A DNA stretch of 64,000 nucleotides from Eledone cirrhosa (lineage: Eukaryota), in the NCBI GenBank assembly GCA_964016885.1, contig OZ024740.1, forward strand, positions 262,322,001 through 262,386,000. Reading direction: 5' to 3'. Below the pieces are notes generated by a model. That model did no database searches and was not told the DNA's origin. It worked only from the letters and a program-made list of their open reading frames with translations. Position 1 is the first letter of the stretch. Each line of letters begins with the position of its first letter. A program made the translations under genes and the position numbers. Positions 39,618 to 54,471 of the stretch are shown one piece after another.

Positions 39618-41159
39618 ATACATACATACATACATACATACATACATACATACATACATACATACATACATACATACATACATACATCATGCCTCTATAT
39701 AAAACGTATGTTGGCTGTCGACGAAATGCCGATTATGGACCCTAACACTCTACCTTCTTACCATTTGACGACTTTATGTCTCTCTGCCATGGTTTGCTGC
39801 GCAGCTTTTATAAGACCTTTAAGACCTGCTGCTAACTTACAAGCTTCACCGCAGATACAACAGGTGCATGACACTGGTATACTACTGTAATGTGATATGC
39901 TACCTTGTCTTGTTAAACTTGAATTTGACTGGCAAATTTGGTTACAAATATAGGGAGTATTTAAAAGTTCACTTCCTTAGAAAAAAACGGGAGAAAAACA
40001 GACCTTTTATGGTATACACATTTTTGAAAGTATCACTTTTACTTTGTTTAATGGTGGTTTTCACTGTGGTTGCTACTTGCGTAGCGGGAGATGGAGCTAT
40101 CCACTGAGGTAATGAGAAACATTTAGCACCAATCTAATGAAATCACGCAAAGTCACTTACAAGAAACAGATAAACAAACATGAGAATGAAACAAACAAAC
40201 AGATATATTTGCTGACAAGCGAAAACGTAAATTTAAATAACGTTAACAAAACCTCCACCACAAACAGCAACTCAGCTTTTGATAGATTTGCAAGCCAAAA
40301 GTAAATATTGGACATCGAACAAATCAAGATTAAGAAAGAAGTGTGGAAAAGGTATGACTTAAATATCAGAATCTCCTTGTCCGAAGAACGTATCTAAGAA
40401 AAGACAGGGTGAAAACTGAGACACCCATGTTTAAGAGAACGGAGCGGTATTCCGTATTTCTTAGAATGGTGGGGTTTGATGTAGTCATGATCGATGTGTG
40501 GCAACATGGTGCCTTATCGTTTGAAATACGGCATCTGGAAGTGTGTGCCTGGTGTTTAAGATTAGGAACTGGCTGATGTGACAACTGGCGGTGATGAACT
40601 GCACATTTATTCATATACTTCATCCTCGCAATATGGGATGAAAAAAATATTATTGTCAGAACCATTGTATGACAACATTATGTTCACTAGATAAGCGCCT
40701 TTCAGCCATGTTCCAGGACCTAAACACACACAAAAAAGAGGAAAGTAACATACCTGTGCCTTACAAGGACCATGTGTACTTTTCTTGATGTATCCAAGGG
40801 GTAGTTAGGGGTAGCTGCCGATGAGATGTAGGAGAGATAGGGATATTGTATGATATGCGTCAACTTAAAAAATACTGAAAATGGAGCGAACCACAACATC
40901 AGATATTAGGAAGACACTCGTGTCCAGAAATTGGTTCCACAATATTCGGACCGTGGAAATAGGAGACATCAGTTACAACGTCGATCTCGGGCTGACGGGG
41001 AAATACGAAATTTACTGTCAAAGGCATCGGTAACAACGTCGATCTTGGGCTGACTGTGAATGACGTCATCACATTTCATGATATGTAGATGTAGGAGGGC
41101 GTCACAAATAACATACAAGTCTGATCCAGCAATACTAGAGAACAATCGCTGACTAATAC

Positions 41160-41272
41160 ATGTCGTAGAAGCCGACGAGAAAAAACGTGAAGCTGATTAT
41201 TCAGGAAAGAAATCTAGCTGCTACACTTGTGGCATTAAAAATCATTTAAGGGATTTCTGCCCGCAATTTTAA
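41160..41272 (+). pseudogene. Gag-like CCHC zinc-knuckle remnant (retroelement relic)
   Basis: 41219-41260 translates CYTCGIKNHLRDFC (CX2CX4HX4C); a stop follows four codons later. Confidence 0.5.
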
Positions 41273-41868
41273 AAGGAGGAAAGTAAACATTTGGATAAGG
41301 CAGCAGGCGTGTTACTAGAGAACTAGTGTACATCTCCAGGAGTTAGTAAGAGTATCATGAAACTCCTTCTATCAGTCACAATCGGTGTAGACGAGGGTGA
41401 CGAGACAGTAGCACATAGTATAACAACGGGACACAGACGTCAATGAAGACACCTACACCTACACACAAACACTCACAGTTGTTCTATTGCGTCTAATTGC
41501 GATGGGTGGGGTCATATGATGGTCACGCGAACCATCAGTCATATGCAAATGAGTGAACATCATCGATATCATCATCATATATATTGTCGGATAATATTGA
41601 ATTTCGCTAGTTACAACCATCATTAGATATTCCCAATACCAATCGACAGCTTTTTCAAATCATGTTTCCTCAACAAATGTATAATGATCAATGACTGCCA
41701 AACCACAAGATAACCTTTTTCACAACAATCTAGTGTTGTTGATTGATTTGTGGTTCTCTTCACACGAGATCCACAGTCCCGTTAAGCGTTATTTACGACT
41801 GCAATGAACTTGTCAAGTTCCTGTGAGAATTGGATCTTTGTTTTAACTTGTTGATATCTCACTTATTA

Positions 41869-42105
41869 TAAGACATTTACATTTAATTGTTTCTACTTTA
41901 GGCACAAGGCCAGCAATTACCCAGTGCATTACTGATACTTTATTTTATCGACCCCATAAGGATGAAAGGCAAAGTCAACCTCGGCGGGATTGACTTTGCC
42001 TTTCATCCTTACGGGTTCGATAAAATAAAGTACCAGTAATGCACTGGGTTATTGCTGGCCTTGTGCCTAAAGTAGAAACAATTAAATGTAAATGTAAATG
42101 TCTTA
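41869..42105. repeat. Fold-back palindrome of SINE 3' halves including flanking DNA
   Basis: TAAGACATTTACATTTAATTGTTTCTAC... mirrored by ...GTAGAAACAATTAAATGTAAATGTAAATGTCTTA. Confidence 0.9.
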
Positions 42106-42599
42106 CATTTAATATGTGGTAAAATGTTATGCTACTGTTCTAAGAACAAGATGGCCGAGCGGACATGCAGATATCTCAGTTTTTCTAAGAAAGTTTTTAT
42201 AGACTTTCATAAGAACTTTACCCAGTGTGTACCACTTTGAACCCAGAGATTCAATTTCAAAGAGTGGCTACTGCATAATCTCCAATGTAACACATCGATT
42301 TATAAAATAAATCAAGAATTCGGGCAGCCCAATATAATGTACTATTATTCTTATTTATTACTATTACAGTTTTTGATATTTCAAACGATTTCTTTTTGAT
42401 GATATCTCCTTAACTTAAGTCGATATAATTCATGCTCCCTGATGCTTTTCGCAGTTGTCTTCAGTTCTCGTGGCCATTCTTCTTCTTCTTCTTCTTCTTC
42501 TTCTTCTTCTTCTTCTTCTTCTTCTTCTTCTTCTTCTTCTACAAGATATTTGATCTCTCTGTCTTTCTGTATTGGCCTATCCCTGAGTGTTTTCTTTGT

Positions 42600-43140
42600 C
42601 AATCTCTGATAATTTTCTGGTGTTTTTTTTCTTGATATTTCAAGTGTTTGTGAATCTTAATTCATTTTTGTTAAAAGATATACATATTCTTTAATCGCTA
42701 ATAGAGACACAATATGGCTAATTGTTTCTTCTCCACCTCCATATATTTTGCAATTACTTACTATGTTCTGGTGTTCTGTTTCAGTATGCACCTTTGGTGG
42801 TTGGATACTGGAAGGGAGGCATTGATCGTGGCTGTAATTAGGAATGTTTCAGTCGCGGCCTTTAGTTCAGCGTTTCTGAACCAGTTTTGTGAGTTTTGTT
42901 TGTATATTTTCTCTCTATTCAGCTTTTTCGGGTATATGCCACGAAGGGATTTTTCTTGTCATCGTTTTAGCATGATATTCTGGAGATCTGTTTTTAATTT
43001 AGATTTCATCTTTTTCACCATTTCTGTTGTTGTTTCGTTCTTTTTCGATATCATCCTAATTATCTGTCAATTCAGCTACTGTTTTGAACTTGTTGGCTTC
43101 TTGAAGACAAAAACATTGTTTTGCTGGGTACATGCTTAAC
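42600..43140 (-). mobile_element. R4/Dong-like LINE remnant
   Basis: Minus strand *QEKSLRGIYP and NWFRNAELKAATETFLITA resemble the post-RT W..K.LHG.YP / L..ETE..I.AAQ region. Confidence 0.5.
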
Positions 43141-44639
43141 GGCTATGTGTATTAACTCCTTGACATTACTTTGGAAATATATCAGTTAAATACTTTATAT
43201 CGTGGTGATTTGGAAAATTTGTATGAGATTGCTTGAAACAGGGAATTTCAGAAACCAATCACTAACGTTCGTAGATTCTTAACATCTCTACTTGAAGTGG
43301 TATTGACGAGTGTTGCTGCTCTTGTATAGTAGGAATGTAGACATTACTGTCAGTATGTGGGTATTTGACCGACAGAATTATATGACATCATTCATGCGTT
43401 TATTTTATTTTTATTCATGATTAGTGAATGTTATCTGCGTGTAAAATTCAGAATTGTATTGCCCTATGACTATTGCTTCTATTAATCTATGCGTGTGAAG
43501 AAGCTTAGTGGTTAGAGCGTTGAGCTCACAATCAATAGGTTATGAGTTCGAATCCCATGGTGAACCTAGGGCAATTTATGATAGTAGGAGCAGATATAGT
43601 AATAGAATACAAGTTTACTTAAACTGGGGATTAAGCAAAGTTGAAAAACGATGGGAGGTGCCATATTATATGATGTGTGAATAACTAGATGACATGAATT
43701 CAGAAACAATAGTCATGTCGACTAAGAATTACAATCCTCAAAGTTATCTTAATTCTACTGTCTGATATGATTTAGTTAAAACATGAAGTGTGGTCACCGT
43801 TCAAGAAATTTTAACAAAGAGCTTGGAGGAAATACTGTTATTGATATTTTTTTGAAGGGGACAGATTGCCTTCAGGTCCTTGTCAAAATATCGCAAGTCA
43901 GTCCAATGTTAAAGACATCTGCCCAAGGTTTCTTTAAAGAAGATGGTGTTAAGGAGTGTGAACACAATGTAAAGAAGTTCTAACGTACACAAAGCCGATT
44001 AATTCGCCGACAGTTAAAACATTGTAGATTCATTATGAATTTAGCGTCTGAAAATGCTGTTCTCTGATTGGTATCTACTACAATGCAACGAGGATGTCCA
44101 ATAATAGTATAAATAGTTAGGTATGATAAAATAAGATGGTGAAAAAGATTCATTTGACTCTTTGTTCATGGGATTCCGAATTGTCGTAAGTTTAGTAATG
44201 TGGACGCAGTCATTAGGTTCTGGGTTTGAACACTCTACAAGGAATCTCGCGCAAGCCCCATCTACCATAGTCCCTCATCGAGCCAAGCCCTATGAGTGAA
44301 TTTGGGTAGAAATAAACATGTGAAGACGCTGTTGGAAGAGTTACGTTTACAGGTGATTTTAAAATGTTCAGTCATGTACACGTTAATTTCATGGGAAAGC
44401 TGCACCGTTGATCGAAATACTTCGCACTCATCGTCGAAACCGACGGACGTCCATTCTATTCCTTCGAGATTCGATAATTTCCCGTTCGGTTTCTTTGAAT
44501 TGAAAGAAAAAAAGTATTCAAGAATGTGGGTATTTAAAGAAAGTATTTACTTTTAAATTAAGTGAAAAAGAGTCTCTTTCAAGCAACTGTTATCTCTGTT
44601 CTATTGTATTGCTGCTGAGCATGGACTATTACCTCAAAA

Positions 44640-44950
44640 CCGAAAGGAAGATTAAATGGAGCCAACACTCGCATATTGAGTGGCTTTGAATGTCGCTTGG
44701 AGAATTCGTCTGACCAATGAGCGACTGTATGAGAAACTTCACCCTGAGTCAGACATCATCAAACGAATATAGGTTCAGATTCGCACGGCATTACTGGAGA
44801 ACTTAAGAGGAAATTGTTAGTGAAGTTCTTTTGTGGAATCCTACACAAGGAAGATCTCTTGCAGAGGACGGCAAGCTAAGACGTATCTCAACAGGTTGGT
44901 AATAATATAAACTGTCATCGCTCTGACCTGCCAAATATGTTGAACAATAG
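44640..44950 (+). mobile_element. RTE-clade LINE 3' remnant
   Basis: VALNVAWRIRLTNERLYEKL.P.SDIIK, EIVSEVLLWNP and GRQAKTY across frameshifts. Confidence 0.65.
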
Positions 44951-44954
44951 AATT

Positions 44955-45355
44955 GGATGGCATTAGTTTCGGTAGAGGGTCGGATGCCATGCTTTGACGC
45001 ATAGAGTTACGACCCTTGTCATTCTGAGTTCAAATCCCGCCGAGGTTAACTTTGCCTTTCATCCTTATGGGGTCGATAAAATAAAGTACCAGTAATACAC
45101 TGGGTGATTGCTGGCCTTGTGCCAAAAGTAGAAACAGTTATTATATTTACGTATATATATTGGCGCGGTGGATTGGCAGTATCAGTAGAAGGTCGGACGC
45201 CATGTTTTCTAGCATAGCTACGTCCCTTTACAGTCTGAGTTCAAATCCCCCCGTGGTTAACTTTGCCTTTTATCCTTACGAGGACGATAAAATAAAGTAC
45301 CAGTAATGTACTGGGTAATTGCTGGCCTTGTGCCTAAAGTAGAAACAATTATTAT
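44955..45355 (+). mobile_element. Two tandem tRNA-derived SINE copies
   Basis: Copies at ~44955-45143 and ~45163-45353, each followed by TTATATTTA. Confidence 0.9.
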
Positions 45356-46122
45356 ATTTATTTGTGTATTATATTTACGTATAAATACACAATTGTGCTG
45401 ACTGTAGACTTAGCATTCAGTGTTCTGTGGTACTTCTGAAAATTTGGTGTTCTTAGAGATACGTGACATGACTAGTCGAGGTCAGATATGGCAGGAAAAG
45501 GAAAAAATGCTGATCGTCAGATTTGACTAAGGAAATGGTATATTTCCATTACTAATACTATCTGCCCGTAGCAACGGCTAGCAAGAGACAGGATCTGAAT
45601 TAAGAAGGCTTAGAGACTGCTTAGACACAACAAAGCATACTGCCAGACCCTTTAACAATTTTGCTGATCCACTGCTCCTTAGACTGGTATTTAATTTTAT
45701 CAACCCCGTAATAACAAAAGACAAAGTTGACATCGGTAGGATTTGAACTCGCGACATAGGGAACCGAAGCAAGTACTGAGCCAATTAATCGAATATCCTA
45801 ACGACGCTGACAATCCGGCAACATTGAGAAAAGATTTAAAATATAATATTTATTAGACGATAATTTATGCGTTAACTGTAAAAACACTATTATTGTATAA
45901 TTTAGGCGAAGGTACGTGGATACGATCCTCAGTTCATGATCGGAAGATCGTGTGTTCAATTCATGGAGCCCATTTGAGACCTTCAGAATCACACTATATT
46001 TTACGTTGCTTTCGTTTACATAGGTGGATAATATGAGATATACCTGTAATTCAAAGGACCCGCCATGCCACACACTGTGCCACGCGGAATCTCCCTGAAA
46101 ATTACGTTTAGGGTACATATCA

Positions 46123-46922
46123 AAGAACTACTATGTTTTCAATGACATATATATTAGCAATACAGACGTGTTGAGAGAGTATACCATGACCTAACACTCT
46201 ATCAAAGAATTATTTTGCTATCAATGACATATATGCTAGCAATACAAACGTGTTGAGACAGTATATTATGACCTAACACTCTATCAATGACATATATGCT
46301 AGCAATACAGACGTGCTGAGACAGTATATTATGACCTAACACTCTATCAAAGAATTATTTTGCTATCAATGACATATATGCTAGCAATACAGACGTGTTG
46401 AGACAGTATATCATGACCTAACACTCTATCAAAGAATTATTTTGCTATCAATGACATATATGCTAGCAATACAGACGTGTTGAGACAGTATATTATGACC
46501 TAACACTATCAAATAATTATTTTGCTATCAATGACATATATGCTAGCAATACAGACGTGTTGAGACAGTATATTATGACCTAACACTCTATCAAAGAATT
46601 ATTTTGCTATCAATGACATATATGCTAGCAATACAGACGTGTTGAGACAGTATATTATGACCTAACACTCTATCAAAGAATTATTTTGCTATCAATGACA
46701 TATATGCTAGCAATACAGACGTGCTGAGACAGTATATTATGACCTAACACTCTATCAAAGAATTATTTTGCTATCAATGACATACATATTACCAATACAG
46801 ACGTGTTGAGTCACTATATTTTAAACTAACACTCTAGCAAAAGAACTATTTTGTTTTCAATGACATATATACTAGCAATACAGCCGTGTTGAGTCAGTAT
46901 ACTATGCCCAACACACTATCAA
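46123..46922. repeat. 82-bp tandem minisatellite (~9-10 copies)
   Basis: Unit CAATGACATATATGCTAGCAATACAGACGTGTTGAGACAG... recurs at 46367, 46449 and onward; more diverged at the ends. Confidence 0.95.
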
Positions 46923-47039
46923 ACTATCTCCATATTTTAAAAAGGCTTCGTATATTTCACATCAACCACAATTTGTGACCTTTATGATATAATTGTAACT
47001 TCAGAATCTTACTAATAATTTCAGAATAATATCCATCAT

Positions 47040-47580
47040 TACTACCAGCACCAACGCCACCAGCAGTAGCATCACCACCACCACAAGGAACACACCACCA
47101 ACACCACAGCACCACCACCATCAACACTATACCAACACCACACCACTAACACCACCAACACATCACCAACACAACACCACCAACACCACAGCACCACCAC
47201 CATCAACACTACACCAACACCACACCACTAACACCACCAACACAACACCCCCAACACCACAGCACCACCACCATCAACACTACACTAACACCACACCACT
47301 AACACCACCAACACACCACCAACACAACACCACCAACACCACAGCACCACCACCATCAACACTACACTAACACCACACCACTAACACCGCCAACGCATCA
47401 CCAACACAACACCACCAACACCACAGCACCACGACCATCAACACTACACTAACACCACACCACTAACACCACCAACACATCACCAACACAACACCACCAA
47501 CACCACAGCACCACCACCATCAACACTACACTAACACCACACCACTAACACCACCAACACACCACCAACACAACACCACC
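47040..47580. repeat. (ACC/AAC)-derived minisatellite, ~75-80 bp unit
   Basis: CCAACACCACAGCACCACCACCATCAACACTACAC repeated about 6 times. Confidence 0.85.
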
Positions 47581-48050
47581 TCTATCACCAACACTGTCAA
47601 TACCAGCAGCAACAGCACCATAACAATCATTGCCACCACCACTACCATCACCACCACCGATACCATCGCGACCCCCCACCCTCCACCACGCCCACCGCAA
47701 CCATCAACAGCACCACCCCGCCTCTACCACCACCACCACAACCCTAACAACCACCATCACAATCACCACCTGCCCCAGTACCAACACCACTACCACGAAA
47801 ACCACCACCAACACAACCAACAACAACAACAGCAGCAGCAACACCACCAACGCTATCATCACCAATTGTGTTATTATTATTATTATTATCACCATGTTCA
47901 TAATCATCCCCCCCCCCACCCCTACCCTCCTACCCCTCCACCTCCCCATTATCTTTATTGTTGTTAATATCATCATTTTAGACAACATCATCATTCTCAG
48001 CAGCATTATCATTTCTTTTATGACAACTAATAAGTAACTGGAGGGAAATA

Positions 48051-48129
<79 letters not shown>

Positions 48130-48272
48130 GTGTGCGCATATATATATATATGTACATACATATGTGCATATGCACACTTACGTACATAATATGAAACACA
48201 CAGAGACACGTAGACACATACACACACAAATATATATAAGTATATACAAATAAATAAAGTATATACACACAC

Positions 48273-48350
<78 letters not shown>

Positions 48351-48674
48351 TACCTAAGTAAGATAGATTCTATCTCGAAGGTTAGGTTTTACATTAAAAC
48401 AAATTGTTTATATTGTGGTGCTTTGACATTCCATATATGGGAAATTGACAAAACTCTAATCAAAGTGCCCGTCGGAAATATAAAATTATTGACTAGAGTT
48501 TCGAGGTGGTACGTCCACTAATTACAAAGAAGACTAGCGGCAATATGTTTTCATTGGGAAAACAATCATGTTAAAAGCAAGTCACACTGTATGGGCCCTG
48601 AGGAACCATCTGTATAGTAGTAGTAGAAGTGATTTCAAGAACATTAATGATTTGCATGTGATTTTCCATTTTAC

Positions 48675-48706
<32 letters not shown>

Positions 48707-48856
48707 TAATAATAATAAAAATAGTAATAATGAAAATGATGATGATGATGATGATGATAAATAAAAACAAACAAAAACAGTCAACAACCACAACAAAATT
48801 ACAAGAAATTAGATAAGATGAAATAAAAATATAATATAAAATAAGTAATATTAGTA

Positions 48857-48922
<66 letters not shown>

Positions 48923-48999
48923 AAAATGTATATGTGAATATATATGCATGAATATATGGATACATATATATTATAATGTATGTACGTATATATATACAC

Positions 49000-49091
<92 letters not shown>

Positions 49092-49530
49092 GTATATATA
49101 TATAATATATATATACGTATATATATAATATATATATATATATATATTAGATGAGATAGAATAAAATATAAGATGAAATTCTGAAGCTGTATCCGACTGA
49201 TTCTAAAGAAGAGTAAAATTGAAGTGAGGTGAATTGAAAAATACCTTTCAGCAAATGAGTGAGAATTACAGCGTAATTTAGAATTGCTTTATATGTATGC
49301 ATGTATGTATGTATGTATGTATGTATGTATGTATGTATGTATGTATGTATGTATGTATGTATGTTCGTCTGTCTGTCTGTCTGTCGGCCTGTCTGCCTGT
49401 ATGTATGCATATATGTCTGTGTTTATATATGTGTGTATGTATGAATATATGAATGTATGTATGTATGTACGTACATATGTGTGTCCATATGTACGTTTCT
49501 GTGTGAATGTGTGTAAGTGTGAATATATGA

Positions 49531-49601
<71 letters not shown>

Positions 49602-49696
49602 GCGTGTGTTTGTGGTGGGTGTGCTTGCGCGTCCGTGTATGTGTTTGTTTGTGTATTATTGTAAATTTATGTATATAAATACATTTTTGCATACAA

Positions 49697-49771
<75 letters not shown>

Positions 49772-50288
49772 TATACATACGTACATATACACAGACAGAC
49801 ATATACACACATGCATGCATTCATACGTAGCTAGCTGACACTAGCTACATGTAAGGGAGCTTACCGCTTTTGTTCTACTGTTTTCACGGCAAATTTCTTC
49901 TAAGATTTTACCACTAGCTGTCTTATCAATATATCTAATTTTAATATACGTTTCCCTATATATGGACTCTATATAACTTTAAATCACTATTTTTATATTT
50001 CTTGAAAAAATATCCTCCTTTATGTAATAGATTTATAATTTAATGTATGTTATTGAACATTTTCACTTGTTTTCTTAGCTTGTTTTATTTGTACTTTACC
50101 TGCTTTTATATGATTTAACCTCTGTTCCTAACCTTTGTAATGCACTCCAATCCCTTTTTTCTCATATGGTACTTATTATTACTCCTTTTACACTTGATAT
50201 ATATCTATATGTTCATAATGTACCATTATATATATCTATATGTTCTGTATATTTCTTTATAGTTTTAAATTATATTATGTTATCTTAT

Positions 50289-50930
<642 letters not shown>

Positions 50931-50979
50931 AAAAGGCAAACAAATAGATTAGTTTAACGTTTGAAATAACAAAAAAGTG

Positions 50980-51015
50980 TCTTGACGTTTCAGACACTAG
51001 TCCTTCGTCAAAAGA
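50980..51015 (-). ncRNA. Minimal hammerhead motif with a C3U core change
   Basis: Minus: TCTT-TTGACGA-AGGACTAGTGTCT-GAAA-CG-TC-AAGA; stem I TCTT/AAGA. Confidence 0.55.
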
Positions 51016-51234
51016 TAGAATTTGAAATAAAAGATGAAATAGAATGATAGATAGACAGTCTGGGGACCATGCCATGGAGATAACAAATCAAAGCAGTGTT
51101 CGATACATGGTATGAGGCCGAGTGGGCATATTGGTGTATTCGAGGCTCAACCGCGAGCTCAGGCGATTTCTGATTATACCTCTTCTTTTGATTGATTTGT
51201 TATTATTATCCTCTTTATCTTCATCAATATCGTA

Positions 51235-51411
51235 AATAATTGTTTCTAATTTTGGCACAAGACCAACAATTACTTTAGTTTATTACTGGTGCTTTATTCT
51301 TTCGACCACGTAAGGCTGATAGGCTGAGTTAACCTCGGCGGAATTTGAACACAGTCCGTAAAGAGCCGTAAGTCTATGCTGCAAAGCATGGCATCCGACC
51401 CTTTACCGATA
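51235..51411 (-). mobile_element. tRNA-derived SINE copy (diverged)
   Basis: Family match. Confidence 0.8.
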
Positions 51412-52380
51412 CGTCTTCGTTCGTACAGTAAACGCAATGATTACAGGATCTTCTACTGCTACCGAGTCTCTACAATAATCCCAAACGGGTAGCAGTTTAT
51501 CTGAGTTTGTGAGCAGTGTCCAAAAACGTAGTTGTTTGTAGGAGAGAAATATGTGCGTATTATCATTATTGGAAGAATCATTAGAGCGTCGAACAAATGC
51601 TTAGCATATTTATTACGGCTTTTTACGTTCTGAGATCAAACCCTGCCGTGTTATCTTTGCATGTCATCCACCAGGGACGTTGAAATAATGCCCCTGTCAA
51701 GAACTGTTGTTGATTTTAACACATGTACTGACCATGTGACAAAATTAAAAACCAAGAGTGCTGCCTGGCGAACCTATCGATAGATAAAGCACAAATCAAT
51801 CCTAAGGCTGGTTTACAAGACTGTCTTTTTTCAAATGTATTTTTCTACCTTAACCTTTTCATTCCAATATATTTAATGAAATGCACCGCCTATAATTTAC
51901 ATATTTTGAAAATAATCAAGAATTTAGAAAAATAATTAACATCTCATTATCAATTTGGCGTGTTGGTGTTTAAAGGCGGTGTTAGTAGAGCGTCAATATG
52001 ATATGCGGTATTTTTCAGGTTCTGAGTGTAAATCCTGTCGAGGTCAACTTTGCCTTTCATCCTTCTGGACTGGATAATACCAGTTAAATACTGAGTCTGT
52101 ATAATCAATTTAATCCTTCCTCCAAATGTTTGGCTTTATATCGTAGAACCAGATGAGGTTTGGTCCCAAAAGTATTTGTGGTGAACAATAGAATCGGTAG
52201 AGTGATGTAGACAATATCGTGAGGCAATGACGTATGTAGCTCTACGTATTAAGTTCAAATAACGCAAATCCGACTTTGTCTCTCGTGTGTCAGGGTTTGA
52301 TAATATACCTGAAATACTGGTGCCTATGACAATCACCTTTATGCCTCTGATAATTACGTTTAAGCTAATAAAAGTAAATA

Positions 52381-52820
52381 CAGTACTAATAATAATTTCT
52401 ACTTTTAGCACAAGGCCAGCAATTACTCAGTACATTACTGGTACTTTATTTTATCGACCCCGTAAGGATGAAAGGCAAAGTTATCCTCGACGAGATTCGA
52501 ACTCAGACCGTAAAGGGACGTAACTATGCTGGAAAGCATGGCGTCCGACCCTCTACCGATAAAATAAAGTACCAGTAATGTACTGAGTAATTGCTGGCCT
52601 TGTGCCAAAAGTAGAAACAATTATTAGTACTGCAAGGGTGGTGAATTGCCAGTATTGGTAGAGGGTCGGACCTGCTTTCCAGCGTAGTTACGTCCCTTTA
52701 CGATCTGAGTTCAAATCCCGCCGAAGTTAATATTGACTTTCATCCTTACGGGGTCGATGAAATAAAGTACCAGTAATGTACTGGGTAATTACTGGCCTTG
52801 TGCCTAAAGTACAATTATAA
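52381..52820. mobile_element. SINE with fold-back duplicated tail (52381-52632) plus an adjacent plus-strand SINE
   Basis: CAGTACTAATAAT..SINE(-)..inverted tail..ATTATTAGTACTG; second copy ~52637-52820. Confidence 0.85.
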
Positions 52821-53021
52821 TTACTAAATTCAATAAAAAGATGCCTTGAAACTATTTCTATTTGTTTTGTTTTAATATTTATTGTATCACAAGAAGTGAA
52901 ACAATATGGATTTGTCATTTTTGCGAAGTCATTGTGTTAATTGTGGAAATATATATTTCTTACATTATGAATATAATGTATATATTATAGATATGGTATA
53001 TATTATGGATATGCTCTATAT

Positions 53022-53292
53022 CAGGCATGGGCAACCTTTTTTAAGAAGTGGGCCGCATGAGATATGGCTCATCATCAGGCAAGCCGCAAGCGTTAGTGCC
53101 CGCATTAAAAAAGAAGGGCGGTAACTCAGGTTGTTTTGATTTGTTTCTTCAGAATTGGTCACGTTGTTTTCCTCGATCGTAAAAGTGAGAGAAAGATAAA
53201 TTACGACTAAAAGTTTGGGTAAAAAAATCAGAAAGATTTCACTTAGGGGAGCCATTCATAAAGCTTAGCGGGCCGCAGGTTGCCCATAACTG
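53022..53292. mobile_element. hAT MITE
   Basis: TIRs CAGGCATGGGCAACC / GGTTGCCCATAACTG; TSD-like CTCTATAT / GTCTATAG; homologous to 23591-23842. Confidence 0.85.
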
Positions 53293-54017
53293 GTCTATAG
53301 TATAGCTAATGTACATATTATGTGTAGGGTATATATTATGGTTATGCTGTATATTTAAAAGAAAATTTCCCAAATAGCATCGTTATTTCCAACATTATCG
53401 ATAAAAACAATGTGAATAATATTTAGAGTAAAAACGTTAAAAGTTTCTGCGGTGATCTGGTGATACTGGTAACATAAACAGCAAATATACATTTCTATAA
53501 ATGTATATGCATGCTTTCTTTTAGACAGCAATATGACAACCGCAAAATACTGAGGTGGAATAGCAATATATCAGCAGAAAACAAGGAAAATGTTTTCCAA
53601 AAGCAATATGCGAACAATCAAGAAAATATGAATGCATCTCCTATAAGACAAAACATAAAGAAGTGCCCGGAGGAGATTTCCAAGATATTATTAATGTATG
53701 AACCGAGGCTATATACGAACCAGGTGAGTGGGAAATTTGGATTAGTGAATGCATTAGCCATCCATTTGAAGATTAGTGAAAAAAAACTTTACTTGGAGGA
53801 ACAGACGAGAGAAGACGCCTCAGTGATAAAAATATACCACATAATTTCACGAAGTTATTTATAAAAGTAAAGGATTTCAGGAAACAAAACAAAACAAAAA
53901 CCAATAACAAAAACAGAGGTGAATACGTGGTCCTTCTGGCCTTCATGTATATTGGTATATTTACACATTTACAAACATACACACACACATTCGCACGCGC
54001 ACACACACACACACACA

Positions 54018-54113
<96 letters not shown>

Positions 54114-54361
54114 GGGGGTGGGGGTGTCCCGGGTATAAATATTTAATATAGATGATGATTTCCTTCGAGTGAAACAGTTCTAGTCCTGTAAAAGCCATTT
54201 ATATATATATATAATAAGGGTTGACGGACCCAGCATATTTATCAATTCCAGTACCAGTTGTATCTCAGTGCACTCAATGGGCAATGTAAGATACATTACC
54301 AGAGTATACTCATAATTATTTGCCTCAACACAACACACGTAAAACGGGTGCCGATAAGGTT

Positions 54362-54471
54362 CCCGGACTCGAGTTTCTGCAGCACTAATGCAGCAGTAAG
54401 GTGCACTGCACCATCTGTCTGCATATATTATGCAACAATGCCGAATCGGCGTATGCTGCTTCATCAGCGGG
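54362..54471 (-). ncRNA. Type I hammerhead ribozyme with branched, extended stem II
   Basis: Minus: CCCG-CTGATGA-A-GCAGCA...TGCTGC-A-GAAA-CTCGAG-TC-CGGG; GUC site, palindromic stem III. Confidence 0.85.

Noticed and set aside
43500-43560. tRNA-like GCTTAGTGGTTAGAGCG...GAGTTCGAATCCC
   Set aside because: Stems are not intact; most likely a decayed tRNA-derived SINE head
46123-46922. Regular repeat array resembling CRISPR
   Set aside because: Head-to-tail identical units without unique spacers, no cas genes, eukaryotic context
53511-53864. 117-aa ORF in unique sequence
   Set aside because: No recognisable motif or splice context; length is compatible with chance or a decayed LINE
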